Shown here: positions 1 through 19,358 of the stretch, piece by piece
How positions within the stretch are numbered: the stretch's first letter is position 1
How the letters are laid out: every line of letters starts with the position of its first letter
The notes under the pieces: model-generated
Databases searched by the model: none
Told to the model about the DNA's origin: nothing
What the model saw: the letters and a program-made list of their open reading frames with translations, nothing else
Program-made: the position numbers and the translations under genes
NCBI GenBank assembly: GCA_973895155.1
Contig: OZ316897.1
Location: 22,109,455-22,173,454, forward strand
Source of the DNA: Marsupella aquatica
Lineage: Eukaryota > Plantae > Marchantiophyta
Direction of reading: 5' to 3'
DNA: 64,000 nucleotides

Positions 1-1859
<1,859 letters not shown>

Positions 1860-4800
1860 GGGAAAGCTCTAAATTTCTGGCTCTGTTCTTCGCTGTGTAT
1901 AATAAAATTTCAATGGGTTGGTGAGTTTGGCTCTTAAATAAACGTAAGGGATGTCATCCCCGCTGAAGTGAGCGCGCTGATTAAAGAGTAGAACTTACAC
2001 CAACCAATTCTTTAATCGCGCGTATGGAGAAAAAAAAAAGACCAAAGACAGCCACACCAATCAGCCTAATGCCTCGATTTTGGAAATGATTTATAGAAGG
2101 GGTTGCGGATTTCCCCGGGAGAACGTGATCAGTTCCAGCAAGAGGATGCGCTAGAAATTTGGACAGCGTAAAAGGCACCCAAGTATGTAGGACATAGCCT
2201 GCAAGAACGTCACTGCACCCACATAGCTACATTCCCGTTCTTAGATATTGAAGCAAACTAAGGAGCAACCAAATGACTGACAAAGAAACAAAACCAGGAT
2301 AATTACAAAAGGGATCGGGAAACAGAAAGGTCATTTCTCTGCATAGAGGACCAAAGACGCGAAGAAAGTAAACAACCTACACTACCAATCAACGAGAAAT
2401 TTCCAATCAGGAGGGCTAATTCTGGTGACAGTCCAGTCAGGCGCAGAAATGAGGCATTGCATCAAACCGAGCCACAATCGTACAACAGAGCAGGGAATTG
2501 AGGAGCTTGAACACTACCAACGCCGTATGGTTGTCCACATAGCCCACTCCATCGTCAACTGTAGTAATGATTACATAGTACCAGTCTCTTACCTCGGAGG
2601 CGGAGCGAGCTGTGAAGTCGAGAATGAAGAGCACTATGGCTGCCCTCATCCCCCAGGCACTGAAAAACTGTGTGTCCAAGATTCAGCCGCCTGAGTCAGG
2701 CATATCCCAGTGCAATTGTTCGATGATTTATCTCGGCCGCTCTCACCTCTACTAAAATATAGAACATTGCGCACGAGAAACTCGGGAGAGACGATCCCAG
2801 TGGCAAGAGACCCACTAGAGGCTAGATATCAACGGAAAGTCCAGGAGCCCGGAAAGTCCAAGAGCCCGGAAGCCCGGGCTCCCAGGAACGCAAAAGAATG
2901 GCAGATCAGAGCAAACAAAAGCCAAGAGCCAAGAGCCAAAAGCGAAAAGCGCAAACCGAGAAACCAAAAGCACTACTGAAAAGCTGAATCTTATTATATT
3001 ACCATGTACGTAGATTCCAAGGGAACGAATCTTCTGTCGTTGGCTCTACTAAGACTATGATGCGTAGATTGCCTAGCCATTATTGGGTTTGCTGTGTAAT
3101 CGCACGAAAACTGAATAGGAGACAGTGTTGACAAATGGACCGGGCAAAAGAGATGACAGTTTATGAGCGCATATGCTTGTCTCAAGACTGTCAGCAAAAA
3201 CTGCAGAAGTGGACACCTTGCCCAGTAGGAGTAAATTCTACATTGGCACTACAGGTTTTCCGGGAAAATACTTGTGGCACTTGCAGGGCATTTGTGCATT
3301 GCTGACAAATTGAAAGGCCCGGTGTCCCCAAAGCACTATGATATGTAACAATTACATTCTTCTCTGGTCGGAGCAACAGGACTGTACTCGATGGACTAGA
3401 ATCAATTTGGAGCGGACCGATTTGTTTGCAATTGGCTTCTGGTCTCTTGCTACTGTCAGTCTACTCATGAGCATCAATAGTTTGGGCTACACTCGAGTTT
3501 GCTCTGCTCTACATTCAGGACTGTGGTCGTAAGTATGATGGTCGGGAAGAACACAATTTCCTCGAAAAATTAACTGAGCTCCCAGCCAGAAGGATCAATC
3601 AGTAATTCAGAACTAAACCCTGTGCAGATGGAAAAACAGGCCAATTTACAAAACAGGGCCCAACAGAGTACAAAGGAGAAAACCAAAAAGATGTAAAACA
3701 TCAAACTCAAACGAAGAGGGCAAATCTGGTGTTTAGCTAACAATGGTCCTTTGTGATGCATTGTCTTTGCATTTTTTTTGCATATATAAAGCAAGAGTAA
3801 CAAGGGCATTTATTTCACTAATAAATTGCTAACAGGAGCTAGAGTTGGGGTCTAGGCTTCTAGACTGAAGCGTCCAGACAGTAACCCTAGGGACCCACCA
3901 AATTCATGCCCATGGAAAGAACTATGTGATGCTATGTATGTCAAAAAGATGAGCATGCATGATGATTTTTGTCATCACTTCTATTCACTTTCAAAGAATG
4001 GGCATTCGGGCTCATACTTTCAAGGACAAAAGAGACTTTTTTTAAGGTTATTTTCAGTAAAAATGGAGGAGTAAAAGTGGAGGAAAAGCTTCATAATGCC
4101 CTATGGAAATCTGAACTGTGCATTCTGCTCCATAAAAGCAGGGAAATTTTTTAAGACAAAAAATAGCAAAGGGCATTAAGCACCCTATTTGTGAATAGGA
4201 TAATGTCCTGGTTAGAGGGCATTGTGGGATATAATGCCCGTAACTAGGACAAAAATGTACCTAAAAACTTGAGTGACTTTTTGATAACAAACAAGAAAAA
4301 GTGAATTCCTGAAATAGAAAATTCAAATTAAAGGGTCATCCAAGAAGTGGTTGCTATGGAATTGGCCAAAAATATACATTCTTTATCTATATTATATTCT
4401 ATTCATAGATATTTTGTTAATATCACCATATAAGATTTGGTTATCATCTTGAGATCTTGACTAAATTTAATTTATTTTTTTGTACGGTAAAACTATATTT
4501 AATTTTTACTTTTACTATATTTATGGTGTTTTGTATAATCCCCTCCTCAAAAAAAAGGGGTGCATTATGGAGAAAAGTCACTAAAGTCTTTACGGTCTTG
4601 CAGCGCTCAATAGATTTATGGTGTTTGGCCAAAGTCCACTTTACAAAATGGGAGGAGGTCATTGGTGTGAAAGTTTGGTGATCAAAGGTGGACTGAAGTG
4701 GGTCCCTAGCTTTTTGTTTGCTATGTTTGTGTGACGTGTCTGCTTTTTAGACCACCTCTCCAAGTGGTCCAAGAATCTGATGGAGAAGACATCCTACTTT

Positions 4801-5190
4801 TTAGGTGACTCATTTCTGATTGTTGATCTTATAACATTAGTTGTAGCTGCTTCTCCGCAGTTGATGGTCCTGTGGATTGCTATAAATAATGGGAAACTGG
4901 TAATATAAGTCTTGGCCTGTCCATGATACTGTAATGGAAACTGCAAGTGAGCAGGGACGAGTGGCCTATATATGTCATTAGAGTGCACAGTTGTAACTCA
5001 AACGACTCACTATATAGAAAGGCTTGTTTAACCTAGCCCAAATCTCTGGAAATGACTGGGCTGGGTGCTAAGCATTCTGTGTGACGGAAGCCATACCATT
5101 GAACCCTAATTGATCTGAAGACATAAAATCATAATGTCTTCACCAAAAGACAACAAAAGACTCCATTAGTAAACTGTACAAAATTGTGTA
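1860..5190. repeat. Upstream region of GH1 copy A, paralogous to ~19359-23713 (segmental tandem duplication, offset ~17.5 kb)
   Basis: Colinear blocks readable by eye, e.g. 1860-3800 vs 19360-21260, 4600-4840 vs 21450-21693, 4850-5190 vs 23267-23713. Confidence 0.85.
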
Positions 5191-6587
5191 TGGGTGGTCT
5201 TGATCACAAATGGAGTGACTTGGTAAACTATAGAGCCAAATTGCACAATGACGTGGTAAACTGAGGCCCAAAATTGGGTAATTCCTCCATTTAGAAGAAC
5301 ATCATGTATGATTCATTAAGAGGGGTCCTAGTAGGTAACAAAACTTTCATAGGGGTCCATCATGTAAAAAGGTTCTGCAAGGGGTCCCAAGAAGCATATA
5401 CCTCATTGGCAGCTGGTTAGCTCTTAAATCCATCTCTGGTGTCCCTCAAATCCCCAAGATGGAGGGAGGCTTAGTTAATAAGTCCTTTGCTCGGTTATGT
5501 ACTTCTTTGCACTATAAAGGGGTCCCTGTCACTAAGCTCCCCGTTCCTTTTGCATGTGTGAACAGCATACTTGTCCTGTTCATTTAGGTGAACAGAAGAC
5601 CCATCAAGGGACCCTCGTCCAGATATCAGGTGCCCCGGACTCAAACGTTTTTTCATGAATTCTTAAAGAATATCAACAATTTTAGATAGGTTGTTTGTGG
5701 AATAGAAATCTGGGGGAGAGTTTTATTGTGTGCTATAAATTGCTATGACGATCTCATTCAATCATCATAGAGAATACTCTTTGTCTCCTGATTGTACATC
5801 TGGTAAATTGTATTGCTACACTTATAGCTTGGAAGATACACTTCACAGAATGTATTCTTTTTGAGACTATGTTCATGACCAAGAGGTCAGTCACTGACAC
5901 AACTAAATGTAAATAATTGGGTTGATTTGCTATGGCATTTTTGTTTTCTTGAAGTGTAGATATAAATGATGAATCACTTGTTGTGTAAAATGGCACTCAA
6001 ATATCAAAGTTACTAGCATTGCACAAAAGATGTTGAGGTGAGAAAAGATGTCAAGGTGGAAAAGATATTGAGGTTAGAAAATGTAGTAGATAAGAGAAAA
6101 AATGTAGATGATAAAAAAGATGTCAAGATGAAGAACCAATCCTGACCTCATCTTGACATCTTTTGTATGAGTTTGTAAAGGGACTATCCCACCTTTTGGC
6201 AGGATAGTGTATTACAGTTGTAGATATGAACTATTTTTTGATGGGGTCAAGAGTAAAGTCAATAGCAGATCTGTCCATTTCGTTTAATTAAGTGAACAGT
6301 CTGACCCTCATGCAAATAATATATCTCGTGCCCTAGAACACTGTTGGGTTGCTTATTAAAGAATAGGAACTAATTTTTTGGATGGGGTTAATTCCTTGGA
6401 ACTTAAAATAATTGAGGTGATGTACATTCTGAGCCATAAACTCTTTATTCTGATGAAGTAATGAGACGATCACGTTGATACTCCAAACTGAATACCCAAT
6501 ACCTCTTTTATGTTGTACCGTCCAGTTACTATGCTTTTAGGCATCCCTGCCCAGATAATTTAATAAGTAGAACCAATAACACTTAGT

Positions 6588-6701
6588 TGTTAGACTCTAC
6601 CTGGTGACCGGACGACCGGATCAGCCAATCACCGGACCGACACCACTATCTGTACCAACCACCACAGGCTATACATGATTCATTCCATTCATACTCTCAC
6701 A
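6588..6701 (+). repeat. 5' LTR of copia element
   Basis: tgttagactc...ctcaca; direct repeat of 13007-13120 with 4 mismatches seen. Confidence 0.95.
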
Positions 6702-6715
6702 CGTTATCAGCACGA
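6702..6715 (+). promoter_or_regulatory. Primer-binding site of copia element (half-tRNA type)
   Basis: CGTTATCAGCACGA directly follows the LTR and lacks the TGG start of a 3'-CCA PBS; typical of Bianca elements. Confidence 0.7.
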
Positions 6716-8020
6716 GGACTCAGCCAGCGGAGCAAGATAGAAAGGAGAAGACCAGGGAAGATTGAAATTTTTTTATGGGGGATCGCGAGGACGACTTTAA
6801 AATCTAAGGAGCACAAAGACATTGGATCCAAGATCAGAGAGTCGAGGGCAGAAAAACACAGAATTCATAAGGACTTGAAGAGAATTCCGAATAGAGAATC
6901 GAGAAGAAAACCAGAGAGTCAAGCAGAAACTGAAAAGTTCATAAGGATCGAAGAAACACATCGATAAGGATTGATGGAAAGGAAAATTAAAAAGGGCACT
7001 CGACAGTAGGGCTGCTAGCAGCGAGAGGCCATCGGAAATTCATCGTCAGAAGCAGAGCCTGGTTTGAGCAAACGTCGGAAGAAGACTGCGGACAAATTGA
7101 CAGTTTATGGGGAGGATGAATTGAAATGGAATAAGCAGAAAGCTGGTGGCACACCGCTCTGCCCCTACGCCTGCGATTGTTGCTTTTGAGAACACAGCAG
7201 CAAAACAAGGAGGCAAAGACTCTTTCGAAAGGATAAAGAAATCGAAGGAGATAGGGAGCGAGGGAGCCCGATGTTGAAGCAGAAAATGCCCCCTTTCTGA
7301 TCGAAGGATTGCAATTTCACGATCCCAAGATAAAACAGCCTGGATTCGAGAAGAACAGCAGCGAAGGCAAACGAAGAAACAAAAGTTGAGACACAAATCG
7401 GCCATAAGACCTTCTTAGAAAATCAAAGCGGATAGGGGCGATGAATGCCCGATGTTGAACGATAGCTCGCGCACTGATTAGCTTGGACCAAAGAAGGAAG
7501 AAAGAAGTGCCCAAGAACGCCATCGAAGGAGGACGAGAGGGAAAATTGAGGAAGGGCGAGAAGAACCAAGCAATCGGCCATAGCCAAGACATTGAAGGAA
7601 ATCGTGAAGGCAAACCAGATCGAGAGGGGCACCATAGCCCCACGAGATAAATTACCTAACCGCCAATCCATCCCTAAGCGCAACTCATTTCCAATGGAAC
7701 TCAAAATAACAAAGGAAGAAGAGCACTAAAACACATAACTGCAACCCTAAGTGCACAACCGGATAACTGCACCAAAATACAAAGGAATCCTAAAATACAA
7801 AGAAGAGAATGCAGTTATACATTTACAAAGAAAACCAACTTACTAAGTGCAAAACCTAAATTTCGCAAAAACCCAATCATTCTTGCTTTACTCGCCCACG
7901 ACTTAGATTGCTCTCCTCAACCCTTTCTCCACCATTGCATGCAGCAAATGTGCATTGTCTTTTGACTACATATATATTATATCAACACCCACACCACCGC
8001 TGCACACCAGGACCTTAGAG

Positions 8021-11000
8021 ATGGCCAACCTTGAGAAACTCACCTTCCCCGCCCTAGAAATAGATGGCGGCAACTACCTAGAATGGTCCATGAACCTAAA
8101 AGAAAACCTAACCTCGCTAACCTTACTCCCAGCTATAGGGATGGCTCAACCTATACTAGCTGGCGAAACCCAACCAGACCCGTTAACTAAAGCCAACGAA
8201 TCTAAGGCTCTCGTATTCCTTAGACGCCATATCCATAGATTCCTACAAAGATAATACATGCACCTCTCAACCCCCCGTGAACTTTGGATAGCGCTCCAAA
8301 CCCGATTCGACCACCAAAAACTGGTCGAACTGCCTAAAGCCAGGCAAGACTGGCTAAACCTACGAGTCCAGGACTTTACCTCTATTTCAGCCTACAATAG
8401 CGAACTCTTTAGAATAACCTCAACCCTCGCACTATGTGGCGAGCCGGTCACAGACAAGGATCTGCTAGAGAAGACCTTGTCGACATTTCATTCATCGAAT
8501 GTGTGGCTATCAACACAGTATCGAAACATGAAGTTTGGGAAATACTCCGAGCTCATAGCCCACCTCCTAGTCACCGAAAGAAACCAAGAACTTCTTTTAG
8601 TAAACTCTAGAAAACGACCTGCGGGCACACTGCCCTCAGGACAACAGAATGAAACCCATAACATAGAAAATGTTGAACCCTCCACATCGAGGCAAGGCAT
8701 TAAGCGCACTAAGAATGGCAACCGAAGAAACACCCATAATAGGGGGAGTTTCTATAACCAACGTCCACAATATAACTCCCAACGGACCTTTAGAGGACGT
8801 GGAGGATGTGGTGAACGAGAAGGACGTGGAGGACGCGGAGGACGAGGAGGACGTGGTGGACGTGGTGGACGCGGCGGTGGTAGAACATATAACAACAACC
8901 GTAGAAATGATTGGTCACAATCCCGACAACAACGGGAACGACCGAAATGCCATGAATGTGGCATGACAAACCACCTAGCGAGAAACTGTAGAATCCCGCA
9001 ACACCTTAGAGATCTATACCAACGGTCCATCCAGGATGGACAAACCTCTAGGCCACCACCCCGTGAAACCCACGGGGCGTTTATGGAGTCTAGTGACCCA
9101 TTCCAAGACTTTTCAGACCTACCTGCCCAACCCGAGGCATACTTAGTGGCAAGTAGCTCCACTACACCAGATTTAAATAGTCCAAGCACATCTATTATCG
9201 ACAGTGCGACCACGCATACTATCCTCGGGGATAGGCATCTTTTCCACAAGATTACACCCTCACATAGATCCCTGACCACTATAAATGGCCCTAGCCAAAT
9301 AGAAGAAGGCTTCGGCCCAGCTTCCATTAGACTACCGCAGGGTACAGCGATTCACATAGAATCTGCCATGCCCCGAACGCAACCCGTAATCTCCTCAGTT
9401 TTAGAGATATACGAGCAAATGGACTACATGTCCAGACGGGCGACACAAGAGACCAGGAAGTGATACACTTGGTTGAAAATACCCCTACGGGGAAAATCAT
9501 TAAAGAAACACTTTTCTCATATCCTTGCGGGTTTTATGTAACTCATATTGAATGCCTGCATAACAATGCCAACACAAGCGAATTGCATGCGCTTTGGCAT
9601 GCACGCCTCGGCCACCCCGGCCAATCAATGCTAACCAAAATCATTAAGAATTCAAGAGGCATTCCAATCAATACACGCCACTTTCCAGCGAGCACCCCAT
9701 GCACTGCATGCTCACGCGGCAAATTAATAACAAGGCCCACGACATCAAAATTGCCAACTAAAATACCCCAATTCTTGGAAATCATCCATGCAGATGTTTG
9801 TGGGCCAATTAACCCTCCAAGCGGATCTTTCCGCTACTTTATGGTATTAATCGACGCATCAACTAAATGGTCAAATGTAACACTACTTTCAACGAGGAAC
9901 ATGGTTATGCCTCGCATTTTGGCGCAAATCTTGCGCGTGAAAGCACAATTCCCAGATCACCCCATTAAGACACTCAGGGTGGACAATGCAGGGGAATTCA
10001 CATCCAAAACATTTGACGACTTTTGCACATCACTTGGCATAGACGTACAATATCCTGTACCTCACGTGCATTTTTAGAACGGATTAGCTGAAGCGGTCAT
10101 TAAACGCCTTCAGTTAATCGCACGCCCACTACTAATGCAGTCGAAACTCCCAGTCTCAGCATGGGGACACGCCATATTACACGCTAATGCATTAATTCAA
10201 TACTGCCCATCGGCTTTTAATACCTATAGCCCATACCAAATTGCTAATGGTATAAAACCTGACTTATCCCACCTTCGTTCATTTGGATGTCAAGTAATGG
10301 TCCCATTACTCCACCTAAACGAACCAAGATGGGACCCCAACGACAGTTGGGGATATACATCGGATTTGACTCTCCGTCCATAATCCGATATATGGAGCCT
10401 ACAACTGGCGACGTCTTTAAATCTAGATTCCTAGATTGCCATCTTGATGAACACGTTTATCCATCATTAATAACCCCTAAACACCCACAACCACCTTTGG
10501 AGTGGGAAAGACATTCGCCATTTTGGCAAGACCTTCGAACCAATCAAGAGGAGAAAGAAGTTCAAAGAACTTTACAACTCCACAAGATTGTGGAAGAACT
10601 TCCCGACGCTTTCGTCGATACATCACAAGTTAGCCGCTCACATATTCCAGCTGCGAGAGCATCTGCTCGCATCGAATTATCAAGTGAGACAGCAAGAACA
10701 CCCCAACCTCGTGCCAAACGTGGCAGACCTTTGGGATCAAAGGATAAACAACCAAGAAGGCGTGGTTCATCTATACCACCTTCACCTGATGTCGATCATA
10801 CCGAATCCACAACTCATGAAGAGATTTCTATCCACTACGCACACACCGGTACGATGTGGGATAGAAATACTACTTCAATAGATGATGCTTTTGCATTAAT
10901 GGTGGCAACACATATCACTGATGATACACCCGAACCAATATCTATCTTAGAATGCCAAAACATACCAGACTGGCTTGAATGGCAAAAAACTATAAACGGA

Positions 11001-12692
11001 GAATTAGATTCCCTACTAAGCAGACACACTTTTGGCCCAGTTGAGCCAACACCCCAAGACGTACATCTCATTGGCTACAAGTGGACATTCATCCGCAAAA
11101 GAAATGATAAAGGCCAAGTTGTACGCTATAAAGCACGTCTGGTAGGGAAAGGATTTACCCAACAACTGGGAATTCATTACGATAAAACTTACTCACCGGT
11201 TATGGATAGCACAACATTCCGATACCTTATCGGATTTGCCATTTTCCATAAACTACAAATGTGACAACTGGATGTTGCGACCGCATATCTATATGGAACT
11301 TTAGACACTTGTCTGTACATGCGATCACCTCCCGAGTTGGAGCAACGTCGCCGAGCTTTAGCTCAAGGCGCTAAATCGCATATTCCATATTTACATAAGA
11401 TTATAAAACAATTATCTCAAGTTACACCTCATGTGTCATCTACACATGTAACTTATAATAATGACACCGCTGTGTCAACCGTACAGAATACTCGCCACGG
11501 ACTAGCTATCCACGTGTTGAAGGCATTATATGGCCTGAAACAAAGTGGCAGAGTATGGTATCAAAGATTTACTGATAAAATGATTACCATGGGTTTTACC
11601 CATGATGCCATTATACCATGTTTATTTATTAAACATGTGGATGACGAATATGTCATCGTTTCTATTTATGTTGATGACTTAAATATATTTGGGACACCCC
11701 AAATTACAGAAGATACTATTACTCGTCTTAAATCAACATTTGAGATGAAAGACCTTGGACATACAAACTTTTGCTTAGGATTACAACTGGAGATCTTACT
11801 TACTAGCATGATGCTCCATCAAACCACACAAACCAAAAAGATCATAAAACAGTTCAATATGAACCTAGCACACCCATTGACGTCACCAATGGTTGTACGT
11901 TCATTAGAAAACAATACTGATGTTTTTCGCAAACGCGAAGAACATGAACCACTATTAGGACCAGAAACTCCGTATCTTTTTGCGATAGGAGCATTAATGT
12001 ATCTAGCAAATCAGACACGACCAGACATTGCATTTGCAGTTAACTTACTAGCTAGACATAGTGCAACTCACACAGCCAAACACTGGAATGGAGTTAAGCA
12101 CGTATTTAGATATCTACGTGGAACCACCGATACCGGGTTATTTTACCCATTCGGTGCAAACCACGAGCTCATAGGATATGCGGATGCCGGATATCTCTCC
12201 GACACTAATACCGCAAAATCCCAAACTTGATACGTCTTTACCATAGGGGGTACCGCTTTTTCTTGGAAAAGCGTGAAACAGACTCTAACAACAACCTCAT
12301 CGAATCACTCAGAAATCTTAGCTCTACATGAGGCTAGTCGTGAAGCCGTTTGGTTACGATCCTTTATAAACCACATCAACACCAAATGCGGCCTACCACC
12401 ACTAACGAAGCCTACTAACATTTTTGAGGATAACGCAACATGTATACAGCAGATCACAAAAGGATTCATCAAAGGCGATCGCGTGAAGCATATAGCTCCA
12501 AAGTTTTTCTACACCCACGAGCTACACGGAAAATTGATCAACATTTTACAGATTTCAAGTGCAGACAACTGTGCGGATCTCTTCACCAAATCACTATCGC
12601 CATCACTTCACCACCGACACTGCCAGGCGATTGGACTACGGAGCGTACGACACATGATGACCGTGGAGGCTGCTACTCCACATGACGATTGA
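8021..12692 (+). pseudogene. gag-pol: Copia gag-pol polyprotein, disrupted
   Basis: MANLEKLTFPALEIDGGNYLEW (Bianca-like Gag start), CHECGMTNHLARNC zinc knuckle, IIDSATTH protease, WHARLGH/CTAC and IHADVCGP...RVDNAGEF integrase, KARLVGKG...IYVDDL RT, GYADAGY...ADLFTK RNase H. Stops at ~8252, ~10075, ~11262, ~12228; frameshifts near ~9365 and ~10310. Confidence 0.93.
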
Positions 12693-13006
12693 TGCTGCTG
12701 ATGACATGATGCTGACAACCCACTATTGAGACAAATATTAAAGCTAGATTTACTATAACATCTAACTTTACTTAATATTGACATTTATTACGACGAGGAC
12801 TGTTAGGCTGCACTCTTTTTCCTTCAGCACTCATATTTTTCTCTGCTACACTGGTAGAGTTTTTACTAAGCTAGAGTTGATAAAGGTTTTTTAACGAGGC
12901 AGTCTACCGAGTCGCTTGTACTTATATCATGTATTTTCTATGAACATGATATAATAGGTATAGTCTATGTTGTCTACATAGTTGTCACTATATATCCAAA
13001 GGGGAG

Positions 13007-13120
13007 TGTTAGACTCTATCTGGTGACCGGACGACCGGATCAGCCAATCACCGGACCGACACCACTATATGTACCAAGCACCACAGGCTATACATGATTC
13101 ATTCCATTCATACTCTCATA
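13007..13120 (+). repeat. 3' LTR of copia element
   Basis: Direct repeat of 6588-6701, preceded by a polypurine tract and followed by TSD TTAGT. Confidence 0.95.
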
Positions 13121-15147
13121 TTAGTGATCTAACAGAGCAATCCAGTTTATTGTTGACTGTATGGAAAATAGTCCAACCTGTGGGCACATGCCAGATAATC
13201 CAAGACACTATTTACCTCGGATCTGATTTGCATTTGCCAGGAAAAGCATTTTAGCGTGGAACATAGGTTGACCAACCGTGTTCTCCTTACAACCATTACC
13301 AAGTGTCCTATTTTTCCATCTGGTAAAGTATTAGTACTCTTTTAGCTTGGAACATAGGTTTGACCAAAAGTATTCACCTTGAAACCATTATTTACCCAGT
13401 GCCTGTTGTTTTACATCTGGTACACTACATACTATATATTTTCATCATAATATATATTTTACAAGCAACCTGGCCAAATATATATTGGGGAATTCTGTGC
13501 CTTATAAAAGTAAAAGAAGTGGCAGAAAATTTTAGTTATTAGCCAGAAAGAAGAGTTTTTTGCACTGCAATGCACCCCCAATTCACCCCTCTTGCCTCAG
13601 CTGCCTGCCTCAGCTGCCCTGCGCCTGCCCATTATCAAAATTTAAATGAAGTATTTCTTGTTTACACCCAGGTTTACACAGCTAAATTGATTTGACAAGG
13701 TGGTGCTTGTCAAAGCTGCGTAGTGTGTTGGTTTGGCAATAGTCAAGAGTCAAGAGTCAAGTATTAAGTTTGCAATATATTGGTTGCATGCCTGGTGTTA
13801 AGGAGGGTTATTAAAGCTTGACCTTGAGCAAGGGCTTGAGGCGAGTCAACGTGTTTTGATTATTCTTGGGAATGTGTTCATTGAGATCAAGCCAAGCTAG
13901 ATTGAAACCATTGACAAACAGTAGAAATCATTTGGCCTCATTGGTAGCAAATATGAAGCATTGAAAAGAAGAAAATAGAGTGGACAAAGTGTGACTTGAT
14001 ATATGGTAGCTTCAAGGAAAAGCATCATTTTTTGGCTACGGAAACCAATCTACCTACGAGTAAACCCTGGAGTGTATGATAGTTGGGGAAAGATAGCAAC
14101 TAAATTTGCAAGATGACCCCCCAATAGTGGGCCCGATAGGACTCGGTTGACAATTATTATAGAATGGAAATAGCAAGGATTTAAGGAAATTGCTTGACAA
14201 CTGTGAGACAAGTTGTTGACTGTGCTATGGGTTGCTTTCTAGAAGTATGAACTATTGCAATCACATAGGCAATCGACATAGTGCATGGTTCATGGGAGCC
14301 TGAGCAGCCTGAGCTGGGGCCGCCGATATGGGGACCAAAGTGTGGTGAACATTGATCCATGGCTGACTACTGAGTTGTAGTCTAAGCACCTAGAAGACTT
14401 GCTGAAAGAAAAATGGTTCACCTTTGACATCTATGAGCTATAATTCTAGTCGCAATTTGAGAGACTCAGATGGTGAAGATCATGCCTGGGCATAATGCTT
14501 GTGACATGGAAGTCAAGCGCACACGGGTGGTAGAGATGATTTGCTGTGAAAACCTGAAGTGAAAATCAGCAAAAGGACCTGGCTATGGGATGGGATTGTC
14601 AACAATCACCCATCAATCAAGGCATCAATGCAGACAAGTGAACATCTTTACCCTGAGAGAGTTCTATCTTTTTGTTTGAGTACTGGAGGCCGTGCGGAGC
14701 AGCAGTTCATGCTCGGACTGTAGTCACGGCAGAGGGCTGTCATGACAAAGTTGTCTCATGGATCAGTCTTGGCCCTTGACTCAACGTTTGGAATGGAATT
14801 AAACCACACCTGCCCCTATAAAGGGCTACCAGAAATGGATAACAGATGCATACTTTCTAGCATGCCTTCCAAGTTAAACACCACAGAAGTTCCATGTCCA
14901 GGCATGTGTTCTATAAACATTATTGGATTGTCCCGCTTTTGTTCCGAATTTCATAGTTCATGATCTTGTACTTTGTCTTTGTTTGGGCATTCTGGGAGCA
15001 TTGCATAACGCCCTGGTCCAGCTAGATGTGGATCACCTCATTATGAAGACTCCCCTCTACTTTTCTCTCTTCTTCTTTTGCCCAAAGGCGAGATTTGTCC
15101 ATGCCTTCTGCTGTGCTCTGACGACGTTTCTGTTGTACTAACACACA

Positions 15148-19358
<4,211 letters not shown>

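Larger units (their letters stand above)
6588..13120 (+). mobile_element. Ty1/copia LTR retrotransposon, Bianca-like lineage, full length but degenerate
   Basis: 114-bp LTRs 6588-6701 (TG...CA) and 13007-13120 (TG...TA). TSD TTAGT at 6583-6587 and 13121-13125. PBS-like CGTTATCAGCACG right after the 5' LTR; PPT AAAGGGGAG before the 3' LTR. Domain order gag-PR-INT-RT-RH. Confidence 0.95.

Noticed and set aside
2425-2979. Short ORFs upstream of the GH1 genes (and paralogous 19797-20291)
   Set aside because: Reading frames are not conserved between the two paralogous copies (indels) and contain no recognisable motifs.
13600-14700. Possible decayed TE sequence downstream of GH1 copy B
   Set aside because: No termini or protein motifs could be identified with confidence.
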